Source: Desulfocapsa sulfexigens DSM 10523
GTDB lineage: Bacteria; Desulfobacterota; Desulfobulbia; Desulfobulbales; Desulfocapsaceae
Assembly: GCF_000341395.1 (NCBI RefSeq)
Contig: NC_020304.1
Coordinates: 1,410,001 to 1,442,000, forward strand
Direction: 5' to 3'
Length of the DNA stretch: 32,000 nt
The notes below the pieces were generated by a model. That model saw nothing but the letters and a program-made list of their open reading frames with translations. It was not told the origin of the DNA and did not search any database. A program made the position numbers and the translations under genes. This document shows, in pieces, positions 18,462-25,409 of the stretch (its first letter is position 1; the number at the start of each line of letters is the position of its first letter).

Positions 18462-19835
18462 TTAAAGAATATCGTACTCCTTGAGTTTGTTCAACAGGGT
18501 TTGGCGGGCAACTCCTAAAATCTTGGCCGTTTTACTCCTGTTCCCCTCATTTTGGGCAAGAGTTGCACGTATCATTTCCCGCTCCATATCTCGAAGTGTA
18601 ACAGGTGCTGCCGTCGGATCCTGATTTGTCGTTGCTCCCTCGGGTCGTATTTGTGGTGGTAATTCCCGAATGGTGATCCGTTCACCGGGACAGAGGATTA
18701 CAGCCCGCTCCACTGTGTTTTCAAGTTCACGAATATTACCAGGCCATTGATGCGCCATGAAGATGCGCAGTACTTCAGGGGCAAATCCCTTTATGTCTTT
18801 CCTATTTTTTACGGAATAGCGTTCAAGGAAAAGGGAGGCAAGTTCCGGAATATCTCTGGTACGCTCGCGCAGGGGAGGCAACTCCACCGGTACCACGGAA
18901 AGCCTGAAAAACAGATCCTGTCTGAACGTCTTTTCCTCAATCATAAGCTGCAGATTTCTGTGAGTTGCCGCAAGTACGCGCACATCGACCTTGATGGTCT
19001 CGCTTCCTCCCAATCTGTCCAGTTCTCCTTCCTGGAGTACTCTTAAAATCTTGGCCTGGGTCTGGAGGCTCATATCTCCAATTTCATCAAGAAACAGGGT
19101 CCCCTTGTCGGCCTGTTCAAAGCGGCCTTTACGTCTGGAAACAGCACCGGTGAATGCGCCTGCTTCGTGTCCAAAGAGTTCACTTTCAAGAAGATTTTCA
19201 TTGAGGGCTGCGCAGTTTACTTTGATAAATGGATACTGTTTTCGATTACTCTGCTGGTATATGGCGCTGGCAATCAATTCTTTTCCCGTCCCGGATTCTC
19301 CGGTGATGAGTACAGTGGCGTCGGAAGGGGCAACAAGCTCAAGGGTTGCAAAAAGTTCCTCCATGGCCGGACTGCTCCCTATTATGTTGCCGAATGAAAA
19401 GCGTTTTTCCAGATGTTTTTTTAACCTGATATTTTCCTGCTTCAGTTCCTGAAAGCCAAGGGCCTTCTCCATGACCATTTTCAGTTCATCAATATCTATG
19501 GGTTTGGCTACATAGTCAAAGGCACCTTCACGCATTGCTTTGACGGCTGTTTCAACCGATGAAAAAGCAGTGAGGACTATCACCGGGATGGTTGAATGCA
19601 CTGTATCGTTAAGTGCCCTCAACGTGGCTAGTCCATCCATGCGAGCCATTTTCATATCCAGTAGGATCAGGTCTATCGGTTCCCGTTGTTCCTGTTCCAG
19701 AAATGGGATCACCTGATCACCATCATCAACTTCCATAATATGAAAGTCTTCCCCGGAGAGGTTCACCTTCAGCATGGTTCGATGGGCAGTATCATCATCC
19801 ACCAGCAGAATTCGCTTTTTATTTGTCTTGCTCAA
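18462..19835 (-). CDS. zraR: Sigma-54-dependent response regulator (ZraR/AtoC-like)
   Basis: Receiver (MSKTNKKRILLVDDDTAHRTML), GESGTGKELIASAIY, GAFTGA, HTH (RSKTAKILGVARQTLLNKLKEYDIL). TTG start at 19835 overlaps the stop of a kinase remnant. Confidence 0.85.
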   Translation of the reverse strand: MSKTNKKRILLVDDDTAHRTMLKVNLSGEDFHIMEVDDGDQVIPFLEQEQREPIDLILLDMKMARMDGLATLRALNDTVHSTIPVIVLTAFSSVETAVKAMREGAFDYVAKPIDIDELKMVMEKALGFQELKQENIRLKKHLEKRFSFGNIIGSSPAMEELFATLELVAPSDATVLITGESGTGKELIASAIYQQSNRKQYPFIKVNCAALNENLLESELFGHEAGAFTGAVSRRKGRFEQADKGTLFLDEIGDMSLQTQAKILRVLQEGELDRLGGSETIKVDVRVLAATHRNLQLMIEEKTFRQDLFFRLSVVPVELPPLRERTRDIPELASLFLERYSVKNRKDIKGFAPEVLRIFMAHQWPGNIRELENTVERAVILCPGERITIRELPPQIRPEGATTNQDPTAAPVTLRDMEREMIRATLAQNEGNRSKTAKILGVARQTLLNKLKEYDIL

Positions 19836-19897
19836 ACCTGTTCTCCGGGAAGGATTATCTTCATAGTGCTGCCTTTTCCAAGAGTGCTTTCCAACGC
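19742..19897. repeat. Direct repeat copy A: zraS 3' end / zraR 5' end junction
   Basis: Aligns without gaps to 28378..28533 (offset 8636), about 87% identical by hand count. A 29-bp block ACCTGTTCTCCGGGAAGGATTATCTTCAT (19836..19864) is identical. Confidence 0.9.
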
Positions 19898-19903
19898 AGA
19901 CAT
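19832..19903 (-). pseudogene. 3' remnant of a ZraS-like histidine kinase gene directly upstream of zraR
   Basis: Reverse strand reads MSALESTLGKGSTMKIILPGEQV*. It matches the C-terminus of the kinase at 28468..30213 (IEVESTLGKGTTMKIILPGEQV*). Confidence 0.85.
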
Positions 19904-20285
19904 CGCTCTACAAGTAGCTGGCAGCATGATTTAACCATTTCAGTTTTCCCATTATACTGCGCCAGATCTTTCTCTACAATGGTGAACTCCTCTCAACCTT
20001 CTACAGGGCTGCATTACCAAAATAGTAAAAGATCCTTCAAGTAAGGGCTGCTTTCCAGCATCTTGAATGTGTTGACCAGAAACACAAAAGGAACATTTTT
20101 GTATTTTTAAGTGTTTTTGGGACATAAGAAATTTCCTAACAGTCCTTGCCTTCCCACTTGTAAATAATATATCATTCTTTATGGCAAGAGGTACTCTTGC
20201 TCCATTCAAGAGCAACACTAACCACTCAATTTACCTCCTGGATGAACTCATGAAAACAATTCCCATAACCTCAGGGAGATGACCG

Positions 20286-21149
20286 ATGAATACTATGCTA
20301 CATGTTTTCGTACTCTTTTTTACAGCTGCATTTTTTTTCTTTTTTAACGCTGCAGTATATGCCTCCCCTCCAATAAAGGCTGCAGGATGCAAAACGGAGT
20401 ACTTTCTTATCCAAGATCTGGCTCGTGGGTATAAATCAAAAACAGCAGGAATTGTCATACCACAGAAAACCGGAAACAAGGTTGCTATAAAATTATTAAC
20501 TGCACAGCAGGTAGACTTTGCCTTCACCTGTAAACCACAGGATAATCTCATAAAAAAATTTAACATCAGCCCCGAAATTACTCAAAACTGGAAATCATTC
20601 ATCATTGCAAATGATCCTATCATTGTCGTTATTCACCGTGAAAATGGTATTATTTCATTAACTTTGGAGCAACTCAGTGGCATTTTTTCTGGAAAAATAA
20701 AGAACTGGAAAGAAATAGGTGGGATAGAGACACCGATTCAGGTTGCCTATCTTGACAAAACTGTTGAGAGCGGAGTTCTCACTCTTTTTAAAGAGCTGGT
20801 TCCAGACTCAGAGAATAACACAACAAAACAGGTGAAACTCAGACCCGATGCGTTTCAGGCAGCAGGGCCTAAGCAACTTGGAGCCTATGTGGCACAAAAC
20901 CCCGGCGGTATAAGCTTTATGGCCCTGAGTTCTTATCGACGTCGTTACGGTTCCAAGGTGAACATTAACGGTGTCCCCCCAAATCGGGAAACCATTAAAG
21001 ACGGAAGTTACCCACTAACAGTGACTTACCATATAATTTATGACAAACGAAAGGAGGAAACCCTGAAATCATTTCTTGGCTACATACAAAGTCAGGAAGG
21101 GATATCCATTATTAATCAGGGTTTTATCTCTCGTACCGAAAATAGATAG
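20286..21149 (+). CDS. PstS-like periplasmic substrate-binding protein
   Basis: Signal peptide; TLEQLSGIFSGKIKNWKEIGGIETPIQVAYLDKTVESGVLTLF ... YVAQNPGGISFMALSS ... YPLTVTYHIIYDKRKEETLKSFLGYIQSQEG. SD-like GGGAG upstream. Confidence 0.85.
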   Translation: MNTMLHVFVLFFTAAFFFFFNAAVYASPPIKAAGCKTEYFLIQDLARGYKSKTAGIVIPQKTGNKVAIKLLTAQQVDFAFTCKPQDNLIKKFNISPEITQNWKSFIIANDPIIVVIHRENGIISLTLEQLSGIFSGKIKNWKEIGGIETPIQVAYLDKTVESGVLTLFKELVPDSENNTTKQVKLRPDAFQAAGPKQLGAYVAQNPGGISFMALSSYRRRYGSKVNINGVPPNRETIKDGSYPLTVTYHIIYDKRKEETLKSFLGYIQSQEGISIINQGFISRTENR

Positions 21150-21161
21150 GGCCAAATATTA

Positions 21162-23606
21162 ATGAAAGTGCACTCTTTAAACACCAAAATTATCCTCTGG
21201 ACCGGGCTTTGTATTGCCTGCACCGCAATGATCCTTGTGGGGTATTCATCCTGGAACCTGAGACGTAATGCTGTTACACTTGCTCAATCGACTCTTCGCA
21301 CATTCGCTCATCAACGTGGGTCTCTCATCGAGCAGGACATAAGCAGTGCCCTTGACACAAGTCGTACATTGGGGCAAGTCCTCAGCAAAGTTCACGACAG
21401 TGAATCTCCCTTAGATATCCCACGTTACGAGGCCTCTCAGCTCGTTCGAAGTATACTTGAAGAGAACCCTCACTTTTTAAGCGCATTCACCTGTTGGGAA
21501 CCACTTGGTTACGACTATATGGATGACGGCTACAAAAATGAAGAAGGACACGACGAATCAGGTCGTTTTGCACCACTGTGGCGCAGGGGAGAAAACGGGC
21601 AGGCATTTATTCAACCCCTGCTTTTAAGTCCTCTTCACATGAAAAACAGTCAGGTACAAGCTTGGTATACTTCGCCACAGACAAAAAAAAACGCACACGT
21701 TTTTGGTCCAAGTTACGATAGTGAAAATGATCGCTGGTTTGTCACGGTCACAGTACCCATTCTTGATCAGAATAAATTCCAGGGAGTTGTTGGTGTTGAT
21801 CTTGATTTGGGGCCGTTGCAAAACTCAATCCTCACAGAAGAACTCTTTGACGGCAATGCACAAATCTCTGTATTAAACCAAAATGGAGTTTATGTTGTCG
21901 GTAGCAACCCTGAGCATTTTTCAGAAGGAGAACTGTTAGATTCCTGCGATGAACATGGTTTTTTATATAATTCTTTACAGAATCATGAAGAGATTTTTGG
22001 TGTTCATAACAATCAATTTCATATGTTGCTTCCCATCCCCCTCAGTAACAGCGACACAACCTGGAACCTCCTCTTTGTTGTTCCTGTGCCGTCCCTGACA
22101 AAAGAAATCACCACCCTGATGTGGAAACAGATTGCACTCCTGATAGGTATTTTGGTCGTCATGCTTCCCGTTTCCCTATTAGGCACCAGACGCATTCTGA
22201 ACCGCCCTCTATCCCTTCTCCTTGAAGGTGTTCAAAAAGTTTCCGGTGGTAACTTGGACCATGAGGTAACAGTTGCTTCCTCCGATGAGATCGGAACCAT
22301 AGGCATGGCGTTTAATACCATGCGCATTAAACTCAAGGAGATGGTCTCTGCCCTTGAAAAACATCAATTGGAACTGGAAGATAAAGTCGCTCAACGGACC
22401 AAAGATCTTGAAAGCAAGAACAATGAAATAGAAGAACATCGAGGTAAGCTGCAAAAAGCATTGGATGAAACATCTGCCCTCATCCAGGCCATTCTTAAAG
22501 AAGGTGGAAGTCTTGATGTTTTTTTTGAAAATCCGGGCCTCCAGTCTTGCTGGGAGTTGATGAAGTGTACCAAAGAAGAATGTCCCTGTTATGGGAAAAA
22601 ATCTCTTCGGTGCTGGCAGGTTGATAACACACTCTGCTACGATATGGGATGTAAAGAAAACTTTAAAGAAAAATTTATTGAGTGTCAGAAATGTAGGGTT
22701 GTAAAAGAGGCGACTCATGACCCGTTGCAGCAAATTGGTGAACATTTCAATAACATGATCTTTATGCTTCAGACCAATAAAAAAGAACTGGATCAAGCAC
22801 ACCAGCGCCTCCTCCAATCACAAAAAATGGAATCTGTCGGACAGTTGGCTGCTGGCATTGCTCATGAAATCAATACACCGGCCCAATTTGTGGGTACCAA
22901 TCTTGATTTCCTGACAGAGGCATTTACTGATATAAACACTCTTGTGGAATCATTGAAAGAAATACCTTTTTTAAAAGAGGGAAGTGGTACCAAGGCATTT
23001 GAAAATGCACTTGAAGAAGCAGACTGGGACTACCTGGTTGCCGAACTTCCTCAGGCACTTGCTCAATCAAGGGATGGTATTGAACGGATCAGCTCAATTG
23101 TTCTGGCCATGAAAGATTTTTCTCATCCGGCAAGTAAAGAAATGACTCCGTCCGACTTAAATAAGCTTATTGCCACCACCATGACTGTTGCCAGAAATGA
23201 GTGGAAATATGTTGCAGAACTCATAACTGACTTTGACCAGCAATTGCCTCAGGTTCCTCTTTTAGCAGATCAGATGGGGCAGGTAATTCTCAATATACTT
23301 GTTAATGCAGCCCATGCCGTTGAAGAACGATACGGGAGTAATCCTGAAACTGGAGTCATAAAAATATCTACTGAGCGCACTGGCGACACAGTCAAAGTAC
23401 GATTGGTGGATAACGGAACAGGTATGCCCGAAGACGTAAAAAGTCGAATCTTCGACCCTTTCTTCACCACCAAAGAAGTCGGTAGGGGGACAGGTCAGGG
23501 CTTGGCCATTGCCTATGATATTATCGCGAATAAACATGGCGGTAAGCTGGAATGTGAAAGTGAAAAAGGAAAAGGAAGCACCTTTGTGATTACTCTTCCA
23601 CTCTGA
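21162..23606 (+). CDS. Membrane sensor histidine kinase with Cache-like sensor, HAMP and a cysteine-rich two-CW region; no receiver domain
   Basis: Sensor between two TM segments; HAMP (RRILNRPLSLLLEGVQKVSGGNLDHEV). CWELMKCTKEECPCYGKKSLRCWQVDNTLCYDMGCKENFKEKFIECQKC. H-box AAGIAHEINTP, N-box NILVNAAHAVEE, G-boxes. Confidence 0.9.
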   Translation: MKVHSLNTKIILWTGLCIACTAMILVGYSSWNLRRNAVTLAQSTLRTFAHQRGSLIEQDISSALDTSRTLGQVLSKVHDSESPLDIPRYEASQLVRSILEENPHFLSAFTCWEPLGYDYMDDGYKNEEGHDESGRFAPLWRRGENGQAFIQPLLLSPLHMKNSQVQAWYTSPQTKKNAHVFGPSYDSENDRWFVTVTVPILDQNKFQGVVGVDLDLGPLQNSILTEELFDGNAQISVLNQNGVYVVGSNPEHFSEGELLDSCDEHGFLYNSLQNHEEIFGVHNNQFHMLLPIPLSNSDTTWNLLFVVPVPSLTKEITTLMWKQIALLIGILVVMLPVSLLGTRRILNRPLSLLLEGVQKVSGGNLDHEVTVASSDEIGTIGMAFNTMRIKLKEMVSALEKHQLELEDKVAQRTKDLESKNNEIEEHRGKLQKALDETSALIQAILKEGGSLDVFFENPGLQSCWELMKCTKEECPCYGKKSLRCWQVDNTLCYDMGCKENFKEKFIECQKCRVVKEATHDPLQQIGEHFNNMIFMLQTNKKELDQAHQRLLQSQKMESVGQLAAGIAHEINTPAQFVGTNLDFLTEAFTDINTLVESLKEIPFLKEGSGTKAFENALEEADWDYLVAELPQALAQSRDGIERISSIVLAMKDFSHPASKEMTPSDLNKLIATTMTVARNEWKYVAELITDFDQQLPQVPLLADQMGQVILNILVNAAHAVEERYGSNPETGVIKISTERTGDTVKVRLVDNGTGMPEDVKSRIFDPFFTTKEVGRGTGQGLAIAYDIIANKHGGKLECESEKGKGSTFVITLPL

Positions 23607-23819
23607 TAATCACCAGAGAGAACAGAGACACTTACATAAGCCGCTTTTAAACATATTCCCAAACCTATCCACTCTCATCCTTTTTTTATAGTGTGCAAAA
23701 GAAAAATATCTGGTCTAACGGCTCCTTGAAACATAAACCCAGGGGATTACCGGGAGGCTGATTATACGAAAGATACAGAGAAAAGATAGCATACATCATC
23801 GTGGAAAAAAATAGAAAAT

Positions 23820-23849
23820 TTGACAAACAGACTAATATGGGTGTATATA
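23820..23849 (+). promoter_or_regulatory. Sigma-70-like promoter of marR (TTGACA; TATATA/GTATAT; 17-18 bp spacer) overlapping the operator
   Basis: TTGACA at 23820..23825 and TATATA at 23844..23849. The expected start point (~23856) is next to ATG 23857. Confidence 0.55.
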
Positions 23850-23858
23850 CACCCATAT
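23835..23858. promoter_or_regulatory. 24-bp perfect palindrome, likely MarR operator 1
   Basis: AT-ATGGGTGTAT|ATACACCCAT-AT; core TGGGTGTA-TA-TACACCCA. Confidence 0.8.
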
Positions 23859-24309
23859 GGCCGATTCTAATACTATACACTTGGAACTATCCAACATACC
23901 TGCTCAATGTGTTGCCTATAATTTTCAGAAAACCGCAAGGGTAATAACATCTTTTTACAGAAGAACGATTGCCCCATCTGGTCTAAAAGGCAATCAGTTC
24001 CCTTTGTTGCTCGCAATAAAACTGTCACAACCAATTTCTATAACAGAGCTTGCAAAGACCCTGGATTTGGACCGGACAACATTGAGTAGGAACTTGAAAA
24101 TACTTGAAAAAAATAGTTATGTTAGTTTAGAGCAAAGTAATGATCACCGCATACGAAACGTTCAGTTATCTGGAGAGGGAGAAGTGATTCTTAATCTTGC
24201 TCTTCCCCTATGGCAACAAGCTCAAAACACCATAGTAGAAAAAATTGGAAAAGATCAGTGGAGCAATCTTTTGTCTTCCTTCCATGATTTAGCAAGTATC
24301 GTAAAGTAG
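23857..24309 (+). CDS. MarR family transcriptional regulator
   Basis: 150 aa; LKGNQFPLLLAIKLSQPISITELAKTLDLDRTTLSRNLKILEKNSYVSLEQSNDHRIRNVQLSGEGEVIL. Confidence 0.88.
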   Translation: MADSNTIHLELSNIPAQCVAYNFQKTARVITSFYRRTIAPSGLKGNQFPLLLAIKLSQPISITELAKTLDLDRTTLSRNLKILEKNSYVSLEQSNDHRIRNVQLSGEGEVILNLALPLWQQAQNTIVEKIGKDQWSNLLSSFHDLASIVK

Positions 24310-24322
24310 TTTTTTTTACCAT

Positions 24323-24344
24323 GATAGGTGTACCTACACCTATC
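24323..24344. promoter_or_regulatory. 22-bp inverted repeat, likely MarR operator 2
   Basis: GATAGGTGTA-CC-TACACCTATC in the marR / 24375 intergenic gap; same core as operator 1. Confidence 0.75.
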
Positions 24345-24374
24345 GTCAGCACACACGAACCATAGGGAAAAATT

Positions 24375-24899
24375 ATGTTTATTATTGACGCAAAGCCACC
24401 TGAGAATCCAACCAAAAAACTGAAAGCAATGCTTGATGTCTTCGAAAAAAAGTTTGGTGGGGTGCCACCTCATTTTAAACTTTTGGGGACATTAAATTCA
24501 GATGAATTAGAGATTACCTTGGACTATGTAATTCGCCTGATGCAACATCCAACAATCAATCCTGATCTATTCACTTTCCTACGACTGCATATAGCTCAAC
24601 AAGAAGGATATCGATATTGTGTACAGTTTAACACAAATCTTTTGAAATCTGCTGGTTATGACAATGATATAATCATAAAATCATCAGGTGATATCAGCAA
24701 AGTGCCATTTGAAAAGAAACTTCAAATTTTAGCAATTAAAGCTGTAAAAGGGGTGTTGCGATTTAAAGAATTTGGAAAAAGAGATCTGGACGAACTGTAT
24801 GGGGTTGGTTGGGATGACAATGAGATTTTTGATGCCATTAATCATTGTGGCTTTATGTTGAAAAATGGAAGATTAATCAGTTCCTATATTCTCAAGTAG
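24375..24899 (+). CDS. Carboxymuconolactone decarboxylase-like (AhpD-like fold) protein
   Basis: GGVPPHFKLLGTLNSDELEITLDYVIRL ... TFLRLHIAQQEGYRYCVQFNTNLLKSAGYD ... KKLQILAIKAVKG. Confidence 0.6.
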   Translation: MFIIDAKPPENPTKKLKAMLDVFEKKFGGVPPHFKLLGTLNSDELEITLDYVIRLMQHPTINPDLFTFLRLHIAQQEGYRYCVQFNTNLLKSAGYDNDIIIKSSGDISKVPFEKKLQILAIKAVKGVLRFKEFGKRDLDELYGVGWDDNEIFDAINHCGFMLKNGRLISSYILK

Positions 24900-25044
24900 T
24901 TGTAAGCAAATGTATAGACTGCACTGATTTGTCCATTACTTTTAGTAAGCAGTTTTGTCCCAAACAAAAAAATTGCTATAGTAACCGTTTTTTGTTTTAA
25001 ATACCGCTCTCGGTATTGTTAAGTACTTTCCTTAGGAAAGAAAA

Positions 25045-25107
25045 ATGGAGTACAGAGTAGCAATCACTATGTTTATATTATTTATAATTGGTATGTTTCG
25101 TTTTTAA
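25045..25107 (+). CDS. Candidate 20-aa single-TM small protein
   Basis: AGGAAAG-AAAA-ATG then MEYRVAITMFILFIIGMFRF*; good SD spacing, hydrophobic core. Confidence 0.25.
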   Translation: MEYRVAITMFILFIIGMFRF

Positions 25108-25409
25108 CTGGGCTTTTGATGGTAAATTTGGACTGGATAATGTTATTCCAACCCAGAGTCGGGATAATTTAATAATTCAAGATCTTCGACCTGGCTCTTT
25201 AGACAATTTTAACAGCATTGCACTTGATGAAGCGCAGAATCATATTTTCTTCGTTGCCGAACACTCATAATTTCTTCCTGTCAGTCTTTTTATCAATGAC
25301 TTAACCGAGTGTCCACTCTTTCATGGCAGGATCACTCGATAATTTGCCATTTTCTCCCAATAATACAAAAGCAGGAACTCAATCAACTCTTTAAACGAGG
25401 GAATCACTA

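Noticed and set aside
25088-25270. 60-aa plus-strand ORF before the ATPase
   Set aside because: Non-ATG start, no ribosome-binding site and no recognisable motif; probably chance in an AT-rich gap.
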